A DNA stretch of 64,000 nucleotides, from positions 100,132,001 through 100,196,000 of the forward strand of contig NC_058373.1 of NCBI RefSeq assembly GCF_018350175.1, read 5' to 3'. This stretch comes from Felis catus. Lineage: Eukaryota. Both the position numbers and the translations under genes were made by a program. This document shows, piece after piece, positions 13,352 to 25,461 of this stretch (position 1 is the stretch's first letter; every line of letters starts with the position of its first letter). Under the pieces are notes generated by a model that had not been told where the DNA came from, ran no database searches, and saw only the letters and a list, made by a program, of their open reading frames with translations.

Positions 13352-13439
13352 CTGAAAAAGAAAAAAAAATGCTTTTGTATGACATTTAGTCTATCTTCTG
13401 AAAAAACAAATTAAGTTTCTATGATTTATGAGATTATTT

Positions 13440-13563
13440 TTATTTATTTATTTAAGTTTACCTTATTTATTTATTTAAAGTAATCTCTACACCTAATGTG
13501 GGGCTTGAACTCATGACCCCAGGATCAAGAGTTGCATGCTCTTCCAACTGAGCCAACCAGGTG
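13440..13563 (-). mobile_element. Short CanSINE
   Basis: 'gtaatctctacacctaatgtggggcttgaactcatgacc...tgagccaaccagg'. Confidence 0.85.
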
Positions 13564-13576
13564 TTGCTTTGAGATT

Positions 13577-13619
<43 letters not shown>

Positions 13620-14084
13620 TTGTTAATATATGAATTTTATTGTCAAATTGGTTTCCATACAACACCTAGTGCTCATCGCAAAAGATGCTCTCTTCAATGC
13701 CCATCACCTTCCCTCCCTCCCACCCCCCCATCAACCCTCAGTTTGTTCTCAGTTTTTAAGAGTCTCTTATGCTTTGGCTCTCTCCCACTCTAACCTCTTT
13801 TTTTTTTTTTTGTTCCTTCCCCTCCCCCATGGGTTTCTGTTAAGTTTCTCAGGATCCACATAAGAGTGAACACATATGGTATCTGTCTTTCTCTGTATGG
13901 CTTATTTCACTTAGCATCACACTCTCCAGTTCCATCCACATTGCTACAAAGGGCCATATTTCATTTTTTCTCATTGCCATGTAGTACTCCATTGTGTATA
14001 TAAACCACAATTTCTTTATCCATTCATCAGTTGATGGACATTTAGGCTTTTTCCATGCATAGGGGCGCTTGTACCCCAATGTTT
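13577..14084 (-). mobile_element. Young felid L1, 5'-truncated with 5' inversion
   Basis: ORF2 C-terminus intact to the stop (WKKPKCPSTDEWIKKLWFIYTMEYY...HMCSLLCGS), (TTTA)n tail, TSD tttgagatt. Confidence 0.92.
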
Positions 14085-14110
14085 GAGATTATTTTTAAAC
14101 AGAATTGTTT

Positions 14111-14340
14111 AGGAGGCATCTGAGAGGCACAGTTGGTTAAGCGTCTGACCCTTGATTTCAGCTCAGGTGACCTGAGCTGAAATCAAGGGTCAGACACTTA
14201 ACCGGTTGAGCCCTGTGTTGGGCTCTGCTCTGAGTGCAGACCCTGCTTGAGATTTTCTCCCTTTGCCCCCTCCACTTGTGCACTCTCTTGTGCTCTCTCT
14301 CAAAAACTAAAGATGAAAAATAAAATAAAATAAAATAATA
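14111..14340 (+). mobile_element. CanSINE containing an internal inverted duplication
   Basis: Normal head and tail; 14170-14203 is the reverse complement of 14135-14168. Confidence 0.9.
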
Positions 14341-14819
14341 AAGTGTTTTTAAAAATTGCTTTAAAAAAGATTCAAATTTTCAGTAACTAAAACCAGTTGC
14401 TTTTTCTGACCAATGTTAATATAGCCCATTTAATGTGTAAGTGCAATTAAATGCCTTTATTGTCTACCATATTTTGAGCATGCTTAATAAGCCATATAAA
14501 TAAGTTATTGGTAAACTTGAATTTCCCCAACTAATGTTTCCTATTACTAAATATAAATACTAGAACTTTGGGAAATAAAACAAAACATTTAAATTGACAA
14601 TATCACTTTAATGATATTATCGTAACAGAAATGGTTTCACAAGTTAATCCATCCATTTTCAAAAACTTTTGTCTGAGAATATACTAAAAACATGATTCTT
14701 AATTATTTAACGATAAAAGACCCATAAATAATATTTTACATTTGCTTTAATTCCATATGCCAGATAGGCTATATAGCAATATTTTATTTGCACATATAAA
14801 AAAAAAAACCACTCAAAAA

Positions 14820-15956
14820 TATAGCATCACTTCACACCCATTAGGATGGCTATTATCCAGAAAATAGAAAATGGCAAGTAGTAGTGAGGATATGGAGAAA
14901 TTGGAAGCCTTGTACATTGCTGGTGGGATGTAAAATGGTACAGCTACTGTGGCAGAAGGCATGGTGTTCCTCAAAAAATTAAACACAGATTTACTAAATG
15001 ATCCAGCAATTCTAATCTTGGGTGCATCCCCAAAAGAACTGAAATTAGGAATGCAAACATAGTCAAAGACAAATATATGACTTCACTCATATGAGGACTT
15101 TAAGACACAGGACAGTTGAACACAAGAGAAGGGAAGCAAAAATAATATAAAGACAGGGAGGGGGGCAAAACATAACAGACTCTTAAACATGGAGAACAAA
15201 CAGAGGGTTACTGGAGGGAGTGTGGGAGGGGGGATGGGCTAAATGGGTAAGAGGCATTAAGGAATCTACTCCTGAAATCATTGTTGCACTATATGCCAAC
15301 TAATTTGAATGTAAATTAAAAAATTAAAATAAAATAAAAGAAATAAAATGAGCTGCAGACTATTTCAAATAAATAAATACTGTTACCCAAGAAAAAAAAA
15401 AAAAAGGAATGCAAACAGATACTTGTGCACCCATATCCCAAACAGCATTATGCACAATAGCCAAAAGACAGGAATAACCCAAAAGTGACTCAAGAGAATG
15501 GATAAATGAAATGCAGATGCATAACAATGCAATATTATTCAGCCTTAAAAAGGAATAAAATTCAAATACCATGTATACATGGTACTATGGATAAAACTTG
15601 AAAACATTAGGTTAAGTGAAACAAGCCAGACACAAAAGGACACACTGTGTAATAATTCTCCTTATCTGAGGTACCTAGAATAGTCAAATTCATAAAGAAA
15701 GAAAGTAGAATAGTGTTTGCCAGGGGCTAGAGGGACGGGGGAATAGGGAGTCATTGTTCAATGAGCACGCAGTTTCGGTTTGTGAGGATGAAAAGGATCT
15801 GCACGTGGATGGTGGTGACGGTTGCACAACAGTGGGAATGTACTTAATGCCACTGAACTGTGCACTTAAAATGGTTAAAATGGTAAATTTTATGTTATGT
15901 ATATTTTATCACAATAAAAAAATAGAAATATATGCTTTAAAAATGAAAAAAAAAAA
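14820..15956 (+). mobile_element. L1MB-like 3' end with a nested carnivore L1 3' end (15060-15404)
   Basis: ORF2-end and 3' UTR motifs. Nested copy is bounded by the 13-bp TSD aggaatgcaaaca (15047-15059 / 15405-15417). Confidence 0.88.
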
Positions 15957-16028
15957 GGCTTCATGGAAAGTGTAAAATTCTCTGCTCCCAGAGTAGAATA
16001 CTTCATATTTTAATGCTCTGAGAATTCC

Positions 16029-16230
16029 TTTTTTTTTTTTTTTAAGTTCATTTATTTTGAGAGAGAGAGAGCCCACATGAACAGGGAAGAGGGAGAAAGA
16101 ATCCCCAAACAGGCTCCATGCCCATCAGTGTGGGGCACAATGTGGGGCTTGATCCCACAAACCATGAGATCATGACTTGGGCCGAAATCAAGAGTCAGAG
16201 GCTTAACCGAATAAGCCACCCAAGCACCCC
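16029..16230 (-). mobile_element. CanSINE
   Basis: SINE body, flanking repeat ctgagaattc. Confidence 0.88.
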
Positions 16231-16556
16231 TAATACACTGAGAATTCTTAAGCAACACCAGGTGTTTTGTTCATCCACTCCCCACCCAAGGAAAACAATA
16301 CACCATGAAGAAGGGAGGGAGTTTGTTTACCCGCCAATTAATTTCATTCTGTTATACTATAAACACACCTTTGGGTAAGATGTAAGAAGAAAAACAAACA
16401 TCCTATTAATCTCACCAGTAAGTCAAAGGATTATTACGAAAGAATAATTCAAAATGGGTTTTATATTGGTAAGTTGAGGTTTTTTAATATGTAAATATTA
16501 AACAACATTATATTTAACCTAAGGATTAAAAAGTAATTTTAGTTGTATTGCCCCCT

Positions 16557-16783
16557 CTTTTTTTTTTAATTTTTTTTTTCAACGTTTATTTATTTTTGAG
16601 ACAGAGAGAGACAGAGCATGAACAGGGGAGGGGCAGAGAGAGAGGGAGACACAGAATCGGAAACAGGCTCCAGGCTCTGAGCGGTCAGCACAGAGCCCGA
16701 CGCGGGGCTCGAACTCACGGGCCGTGAGATCATGACCTCAGCCGAAGTCGGACGCTCAACCGACCAAGCCACCCAGGCGCCCC
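16557..16783 (-). mobile_element. Young SINEC_Fc
   Basis: CpG-retaining, 13-bp TSD tgtattgccccct (16544-16556 / 16784-16796). Confidence 0.93.
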
Positions 16784-16861
16784 TGTATTGCCCCCTTTTT
16801 AAAACATTGCAGTTATTTGCAAAAAGGTGTAACAGTTGTCACATGTATACTTGGTTCTTAC

Positions 16862-16945
16862 CGACTGACACGGCTTGACAGCACAGTCTCTCCGACCACA
16901 CTGGTTGATATCGTTCCAGAAAGGACACGGCCTCTTCAGGTTTAC
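16862..16945 (-). CDS. ERO1A: ERO1A coding exon 3 (84 nt)
   Basis: [28 protein letters not shown] with C85, C94, C99 and C104. TAG acceptor, GTAAGA donor. Confidence 0.97.
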
Positions 16946-17668
16946 CTATAGGATAACAACAGAAAAAGTTACAAGAGTAAGAATCTTGAGATTCTTATTC
17001 AACAGGTGTTGAATTATGATGTGATAACCTGGTCATGCTATCAGCTGCAATTATTCCTTTTCTTCGCTTACAGGTTGCCAAGTTCCAGCGATCGTACCAA
17101 TGTGTAACTTGTGTTAAGTAAACTGGTAGACTTGGTTAGAAACACACAGACTGGTACTAAACAGATCCTGAAGATGGGAACTAGGAGCCAAAGTAGCTCG
17201 TATCATCACTGCTCAGCTGATACTTTTTTTAAGCCAGTAACAGGCAACTGTTGAACTCATTCGATAACTACATATTCCAATGATCAGATATTCTAAACCC
17301 TTTAAGTAGATATCTCAAGATAAAATATCAACAGTGACTAGTTAAAATAATACAGGTCAGAACAAAGTCACGCTTCTCAAAAAAAAATGTAGTTATTTTA
17401 ATTAACTGGAGTCAAGCCAGTATTTGGGGAAAGTATGCATTGGCAATTTTGGTAACAATATAATAGTTTCTGTTCTGACTTCAAGTTAACCAACAAGTTT
17501 CTAACTCCAGAGTGCAAAACCCAGTTGTTGAAATTGAAAGTATCTAATGGATGGTTTCAGAACCACACTGTTCACTCTTGTGAACTGAATTTTAAATAAC
17601 GGCCACAATTCTGAAGTTCAGGAATTCCTAAGAAAATACAATTATCCATTTAAACTTTAAGTATTCTT

Positions 17669-17894
17669 TTTTTTTTTTTTAATTTTTTTTTCAACGTTTT
17701 TTTATTTTTGGGACAGAGAGAGACAGAGCATGAACGGGGGAGGGGCAGAGAGAGAGGGAGACACAGAGTCGGAAACAGGCTCCAGGCTCTGAGCCATCAG
17801 CCCAGAGCCTGACGCGGGGCTCGAACTCACGGACTGCGAGATCGTGACCTGGCTGAAGTTGGACGCTTAACCGACTGCGCCACCCAGGCGCCCC
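17669..17894 (-). mobile_element. Young SINEC_Fc
   Basis: 18-bp TSD taaactttaagtattctt (17651-17668 / 17896-17913). Confidence 0.94.
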
Positions 17895-17940
17895 GTAAAC
17901 TTTAAGTATTCTTGTACAAAAAAATTAAAAATAAAAATAC

Positions 17941-18060
17941 CTTGTAATATCTAAAGTAGTCACTTTCAAGAAGTTTTTGTAGTCTTGGGAAAAGCCTGTA
18001 GTTATTAAATCTATCAATGGTTTCAACATCACAGGTACAATCATCCAAGTAACCGCTAAC
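17941..18060 (-). CDS. ERO1A: ERO1A coding exon 2 (120 nt)
   Basis: [43 protein letters not shown] acceptor at 18061-18063, GT donor at 17939-17940. Confidence 0.97.
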
Positions 18061-18996
18061 CTGTTACAAAGAAAATAAAACAATACATCAAAATACCTTA
18101 GTGGCAACAGAGTTCTTTTTCCTGACAAGGTTAGGACTCAAGCAACTCTTATCTTCCCTCCTCATGATTTTCTGAGATGAGACATGACAGTAATCTAACA
18201 ATGCTACTGCTCTTGCTATACACCTAGAAGAATGCGGTGCATACCTTTTGGAGGGTACACTGAGCTCATCACACACGCATGCACACACACACATAGGCAG
18301 AGTTGGTCCCCTGCAGCCACTTTGTAACCCTGCCCCAGACCTGACCAGGGGTCAGTATCTAACCCAAACCAGGTCTTGGTCCCTTGGTCCAGGAATCTGG
18401 ACTTGAGAATAAGAAGAGATCTCTCTCCCTGCAGCTTGACCACTAAAGCAAATAAACTCAGACCATATTCCATCATGTGAACTGAGCAGCACATGAGCCA
18501 GTCAGCAAAAGAGAGGAAAGATTTTTAAAGATACACAGTGAAGCAGAGACAGGAAACAGAAAATATCTGATACATGGATTCCCTGGGGTTTTCCAGCTCC
18601 TACTTCCACCCACCTTCCTTGAAGCTCAGTTGCATTCCTATCCTTGGCCTTCCTGAGACTCCATATTCCCAGGATTCAACTGTCTCTGTATTCCCTATTA
18701 AGTTTCCTACAGGATGTATAGGTAGGGGACATGCTTGGTGAACGTATAAAAAGAAGTGATACTGAATTTATAAGATAAACAATAATTCATTATAAGGATT
18801 TACCAACTCTCAAATACTAGTCCATGACAGTTTATTTGTCCAGGTTTGAAATGGTGCTTAGAAATCACTTATCATTAGCAGCACGGAGATAGCAAATTGA
18901 CCACTAAGCCAATTCTGATCTTCAAATGCTTAAAACTAATACCTTAATGGTAATTATGATCAGATGATCAGACAATGTTATCAGAAGTGAAACTAA

Positions 18997-19568
18997 GGGC
19001 ATTATGCTAAGTGAAATTAGTTAGTCAGAGAAAGACAAATATCATATGACTTTACTCATATGAGGACTTTAAGATACAAAACAGATGAACAGAAGGGAAG
19101 GGAAGCAAAAATAATATAAAAACAGGGAGGGAGACAAAAATAAGAGACTCTTAAATATAGAGAACGAACAGAGTGTTGCTGGAGGGGTTGTGGGAGGGGG
19201 GATGGGCTAAATGGGTAAGGGGCTTAAGGAATCTACTCCTGAAATCATTGTTGCACCATGTGCTAACTTGGATGTAAATTATAAAAAATAAATAAGTTAT
19301 AGAAAGTAAAAATTAGGGGCGCCTGGGTGGCGCAGTCGGTTAAGCGTCCGACTTCAGCCAGGTCACGATCTCGCGGTCCGTGAGTTCGAGCCCCGCGTCA
19401 GGCTCTGGGCTGATGGCTCGGAGCCTGGAGCCTGTTTCCGACTCTGTGTCTCCCTCTCTCTCTGCCCCTCCCCCGTTCATGCTCTGTCTCTCTCTGTCCC
19501 AAAAATAAATAAAAAAAGGTGAAAAAAAAATTAAAAAAAAAAAAAAAAGAAAGTAAAAATTAAAAAAA
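18997..19568 (+). mobile_element. Carnivore L1 3' end with a young SINEC_Fc (19316-19547) in its tail
   Basis: L1 TSD aagtgaa(a/g)ctaa. SINE TSD agaaagtaaaaatta (19301-19315 / 19548-19562). Confidence 0.92.
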
Positions 19569-20205
19569 AAGTGAAGCTAAAAGTCTTAGATGTTTGTTTG
19601 GGGCTGGGCAAACATCTAACAGAATTAATTTAACATTGCTAACATTGTAAGTAACAAATATGATTTAAGAACAGTAACTAGATTGTTTTTTTTTTTTTTT
19701 TTTAATATAGGGCATGCTGTAGAAAAGAGATCCTTATCGTACTTTGGTCTGCATACTTGCTTTACAAACTACTTTCGATTATATTTTAGAGAGACTTACT
19801 GTCAAAAAAATTTTTTAATCTACTGGTAAGGAAGCAAATACTTTACTAAAATACTGAATGCAGGTGTTTTCCCGTTGGAATATGTAAAATCCTACCCTAT
19901 TTTTAATTTTAGAATGTCACAAAACAGGAATGCAAAATTTTTACCCAAAAGTAAATACTTTTGGAAGATGAGAGATGATACTTTGGATAATGACAGCAAT
20001 ATTTAAGAACTAAGATTTTGTCCCAATTTGTGTAGTCTCATTTGTTTTGGACTAATGCAGGTTCTAGAAATCTGATCTACATATTTTTTACTGCAATAAC
20101 TACTTATTTTCATTTCATATGCAAATTTGTCCTTGTTTCCTGCTAAAAATTCTCTTGAGTATACAAAAATCTTCAGGTCCTAATTTGGGGTACCACAAAA
20201 GTGCT

Positions 20206-20433
20206 TTTTTTTTTAATTAAAAAAAATTTTTTTAATGTTTATTATTGAGAGACACAGAGAGACAGAGCATAAGCATGAGAGGGGCAGAGAGAAGGGGATA
20301 CACAGACTCTGAAGCAGTCTCCAGGCTCCAGCTGTCAACACAAAGCCTGACATGGGGGCTCGAACTCTCAAGCTGTGAGATCATGCCCTGAGCCAAAGTC
20401 GGACGCTTAACCGACTGAGCCATTCAGTCACCC
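20206..20433 (-). mobile_element. CanSINE
   Basis: SINE body, flanking repeat aagtgctt. Confidence 0.88.
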
Positions 20434-20724
20434 AAAAACAGAAGTGCTTCTAATCTAGATGATTTGACTTTTCACCTCTTTCTTTTGAGCCTTAAAAGTA
20501 GAACTTCTAAGGACATAAAATAGCTACTTTTTCCTCTTGGATACAAATTATTACACAAAGAAATAACAGGCACAGAGACTACAAACGCCAAAGGGACACA
20601 TGCCTGATAGGGACAGTAGGTCACAAAAAAGAAACAAGCACATAAAAAAAAAAAAAAACAAGAAAATGGTTTTGAAGCAATTAATTTTTCCCCTGAAGTA
20701 ATTCATTTTTAAGGTAAAAATCCA

Positions 20725-21032
20725 TCTTTGAAACTCAAGTTCAGGCATCACCTCTTTTGGAAAGCTACCCCTGGGGTACCACTCATCCCCTGCTGGGTTA
20801 ACTGTCTCCTATGTGCTCCCATGGCACTCCACTTACTCCTACATAAGGATTACCTCACTCCTTTGAATTTATATAGTTCACTTCCTCCCTCTAGAGTTCA
20901 CAATCCTTGAGAGCAAATCATGTTTGTTCATTTTGTATTCCCAGTCTTCAGCACTGTACTTCTAGAAAGCACACACTAGATGCTCAATATTTATTTGTGA
21001 AGTGGATGTGTGAATGAATGAATGAATGAATG
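20725..21032 (+). mobile_element. L2 3' end
   Basis: 'atgctcaatatttatttgtga...(tgaa)n' terminus. Confidence 0.75.
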
Positions 21033-21854
21033 CTGTCTACTGTCACTGTCATTCCCTGGAGACCAGCATCACAGTCTGATGATGACTTAGGTACCTCACA
21101 TCATCCATGGTAGTGCTCTGTGCTCCAGACTACACAGGCCCAAGTGGCAGGAATGCGCTCAGAGCAAGGGAAGCAAGCAGCGAAGGCAAATAACCCATCA
21201 CATCCAACATTTTACCAATCTATACCTTAACTACAAAGGAAGCTAGAAGAAGCCACAAACCATAAAGGAATGCAAGGTGCATTCACCGCAGAGATGGCTT
21301 TGGCCCAGAGATCCCGAAGAGGGAAGACAGGACAATGGTAGACTGGAAACCCTCTGACCTTTACCTACGAAATTGAGCAGGAGGTATTTCCAACTACAAC
21401 AAAAGGTAGCAGGGCAGCTAAGGAGGTAGGGCAGGGATGGAGGAATTTCAATAGATGGAGAAGGCCCAGCAAAGGAGAGGCAGGAAGATACTTGGAAACC
21501 AAAGCCATGTGACAGTTCAGATAAGCCTGCCAACAGGCAGAACCTGATCACTGGAAGAAAGGTTGGCAGGCATGATGCCAGGTCCAGTTCTAGAAACTAG
21601 AGAACCAGGCATGTTACAGGAATAGAGTCTCAAGAAAAGATTAAGGAAGAAATGCAATTAACAGACCCAGGGCAGAATCTTGGAAAACAAAGCAGTCTTA
21701 GTACCTAAACCAAAAGATGGACATTGATCTGGAACAAGGATGACCTGATACTGTGAACTGTGTGGCAGCTTCAGGAAGTGCTAAGGCTGCTTAAATAATG
21801 GTCACACTATCTCCTAAACTGAAACAGATTCTGACCCTACCATAAGAATGTGAA

Positions 21855-22065
21855 TTTTTTTAAATTCTTTTTTAAATGTTTATTTATTTTTGAGAGAGAG
21901 CAGGGGAGGGGCAGAGACAGAGAGAGGGAGACACAGAATCTGAAGCAGGTTCCAGGCTCTCAGCTGTCAGCACAGAGCCAGATGCAGGGCTCTAATTCAC
22001 AAACCGTGAGATTATGACCTGAGCCGAAGTCAGACACTTAACTGACTAAGCCACCCAGGCACCCC
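21855..22065 (-). mobile_element. CanSINE
   Basis: TSD aagaat(g/c)tgaatttttt. Confidence 0.9.
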
Positions 22066-22379
22066 AAGAATCTGAATTTTTTTTTAAATGCACCCCGCGC
22101 TCCCTACCACACACATGCACAAAGTGACTGATGCATGCTAAAAGTTGAAGCTCGTTGATCCATGCTTTAGGTGATAATCAGCCTTGGGTACGGAGCCAAA
22201 CTAATAGGTGGCAAATAGAAGGCACTTGCAGAGGAATATAGATATAAGGACCAGGGTAGGCCTGACATAATGTCACCCAGCTTAAAGTCCTAGTCTCTTA
22301 CCAGTTGAAAAGCTTTTGAAGGCCCTTCTACTGCAAACTCCCAAGCACACAACAATCCCCTCCTATATACTCTGAAAAA

Positions 22380-22600
22380 GGAGGCAATATATAACAATGG
22401 TTAGCACGTAGGCCCTGGACTCAAGCCTTCTTGGGGTCGAATCCCATCTCTGCTACTTACCAATTTTAAACATACCCAAATTTTTTAACCTCTCTTAAGC
22501 CTTAGTTTCCCATGTGAACACAATATAGCAATACTAATAGTTCCATTCTCAAAGAGTTGATATCAAGATGAAATGACATAATATAAATGCCAATATTAGT
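22380..22600 (+). mobile_element. MIR
   Basis: 'aatcccatctctgctacttac...aacctctcttaagccttagtttccca'. Confidence 0.7.
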
Positions 22601-23173
22601 ATTACCCTACCACTGCTTAAATGCTTCTGGTGAAAGTGGATGTACGATTACCCCAAAGCAACTCACATTTTTTTTTTTAATGGATAAGAAAAAAAAGGCC
22701 AAGTTTGCAGCTAAAATTTTCCAAAACTTTTACATCTGTCACCCCACTGGAACATAGATCCAGACAGCCAAAAGTTAGCTGCAGAGGCAGCCTCAATTAC
22801 TTTCTCCATGGACTCTGGCTGGTTTGGACCAAATACCAAAATGTAAAAGGCAAGAGAAAAGAAAATAACATGGGCCTGCTTGTTCCCTATTTTCTGCTTA
22901 CAGGTACTCTTTAATTTACAATGAAAGACAAAAAAAAAAAAAAAAATTCTAAATAGTTTCCTTCTGTGCCAACAACTTCTAGTCCTACCAGACTATCATT
23001 TTTTTCCAAAGCACTTTGAGAATATATTCCTCATACTTGTATGAAATATGAATTACCTTTTAAAAGTGCTCAAAGTGGGTTATTTTGGCAAAGACCTTTA
23101 GTTGTATGTAATTTTAGAGTGTTCTGTGACTATTAAAAAGAACTTGAAAACTATTCATTGAAAAAAATTGATG

Positions 23174-23405
23174 GAGGTGTCTGGCTGGCTCAGTCAGAAG
23201 AGCTTGGAACTCTTGATCTCAGGGTCCTGAGTTCAAGCCCTATGTTGGGTGTAGAGATTACTTAAATTAATAAAACTCGCTGACAGCATGGAGCCTGCTT
23301 AGGATTCTCTCTCTCCCTCTCTCTCTGCCCTCCCCAGGTCTCCAGCACACACTCTCGCTCTCTCTAAATAAACTTTTCAAAAGTTAAAAAAACAAAAAAA
23401 AAAAA
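23174..23405 (+). mobile_element. Composite CanSINE (short-type element fused to the 3' half of a long-type element)
   Basis: Short element ends 'gagattacttaaattaataaaa' then directly 'ctcgctgacagcatggagcctgc...'. Confidence 0.7.
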
Positions 23406-24230
23406 CAAAGAATGTTGACAGAGACACCTCTGTTAATGGAAACAAGGAAACACCGAAGATTCTATACTGGGTGGTTCCAAGGACACAGAATGCTACAAGC
23501 TATTTCTGCTTTAAAGCCTTAGTCTTTACAACTTTAAATTGTTGTTAAATAACCCAACGGATAGCAACCAATGAGATACATGCTTTGTTCACAAAGGCCT
23601 GGAAGGCAATAAGTACTCAGAGACAATGGACATCTCTCCAGTATAACCTGTTTCAAAGATCCCTCTGACTAAGTTTCAATCCAGGCTTATTTCCACCTAC
23701 CATGCAACATATTCCCAAGTGTCTCTTCTGTGGCCTAGCCACTCTAACAAATAAAAACTATTTTTGAAATTGAGCTAAATAAGATACTAGACAGGTAAAT
23801 CTGCTGAAATAGATGTAGGCAAGTGTATCTACAATGCACTCCAAATGAAAATAATCCATCTTGAAATAGTCATTTTGGATGATCTGAACTATTCCCCTTT
23901 CATTAGCCTGATAGAGATTTACTACACTCATAAGTAAGTGGATCTGAGTGTTATTAGCACTAGCCATAATACGATTAATAAAACATTTGGACTACATGGG
24001 AGTTTTACAAACTCATTTCTAATTAATTTAAATGAAAAACATGTCCACACTGCCTCCATATCTGGGCTTCAATATTTCTTCTGAGTTTACTTCTTAATCC
24101 TGGGATTCCATGAATTGAGACTAAAGTTCTGTTACATTCATTCTCTCTAATGGTGCATAATGGGGAAAAGGAAATAAGAAATTCTGTCAAAAGGAAAACA
24201 AGAAATCTTGTCTGAAGAATCTTCACTCAT

Positions 24231-24408
24231 GGGGCACCTGGGTGGCTCAGTCAGTTGAGCATCTGACTTCAGTTCAGGTCATGATACCACAGCTCGTGGG
24301 TTCGAGGCCCACATCAGACTCTGTGCTGACAGCTCAGAGCCTGGAGCCTGCCTCAGATTCTGTCTCTCCCTCTCTCTCTCTCAAAAGTAAATAAACATTA
24401 AAAAAAAT
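24231..24408 (+). mobile_element. CanSINE
   Basis: TSD aagaatcttca. Confidence 0.9.
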
Positions 24409-25384
24409 TTTTTTAAGAATCTTCATTTACTTGAAGCTCATACCTATTGCAACAAATACGAATATTATTTTGGTTTAAAGAAAGGGTAGGTCATGATCAT
24501 GGGGTTCTTTACACAAACTGTTACAGGCTTGTATACCAAAAGGGGAGGAAAAGGCCAATTTTCTGTGCAAAAATGAAAAAAAAAATTTAAATAGAATGAT
24601 AAAATAAAAAGTGGGAAGCTGTATATAAGGAAGATTTACAAGTCTAAGGCAATCTATCACTTATTTGCAGCAACTAACACAGAAGCACTGCTATCAAAAG
24701 AACTTACAACATACAGTGAAAATGGTTTTAGTAGGATTTGATGTCAACAGACATATGTAGTAACGGACTAACTTTAAAGATTCATTTGGAGCTATCCATC
24801 CATCTGAAAGATGAATTCCAGAAAAACATGCAAATGGCCCACTCAGCAGAAAATGGAAAGAATATATTCCTGCTAGCATAGTGCTAACATCCTGTATTAT
24901 AACTTGCCTAATACTTGCTAAGCACCCATTATGAACCAGGCTCAGTACTCTGGAGTATCAAGAAATGGGACTAAATTTTTAAATTTTTAGTTTATTCTTT
25001 GATCTCTTAAAACTCGTTCACAGTAGGCTTCCATGAATGTTTATTAAATTTAATCTGATTATTTGTAGAGCTCTGCACATTTTACTTCAATGACTTTCTA
25101 AGGCTAAAGAACCACATGTTGCTTTGGCTCAAATTAGAGCTGATATTCTGTTAACTGAACCCCTATACCGGGCCCCCATGCAAGAGGGTAATGAGGGATG
25201 ATGATGCATAATTCACAGTAGAAGTGGTGCCAGAGAGTGGCAACAGACAGGGAGAAAAGGTCTATTAACAAAACAGATTCAACAGAACTTTGCAGCTAAT
25301 TGGTTACAGCAAAGAGAATGAGAGATTTTAACTTGAAATATTTTTTTAAACAGGGTTTTGTGTTGTTGTTTGTTTGTTTGTTTG

Positions 25385-25406
25385 TTTTGGTTTTATTTAC
25401 CTATTT

Positions 25407-25461
<55 letters not shown>

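Noticed and set aside
17054..17073. Strong plus-strand splice acceptor (ttccttttcttcgcttacag) antisense to ERO1A
   Set aside because: No convincing partner exon or ORF; such sites arise by chance.
21525..21571. 10-bp inverted repeat gcctgccaac/gttggcaggc with a 27-nt loop
   Set aside because: Too short to separate from chance in 64 kb; no ncRNA motifs.
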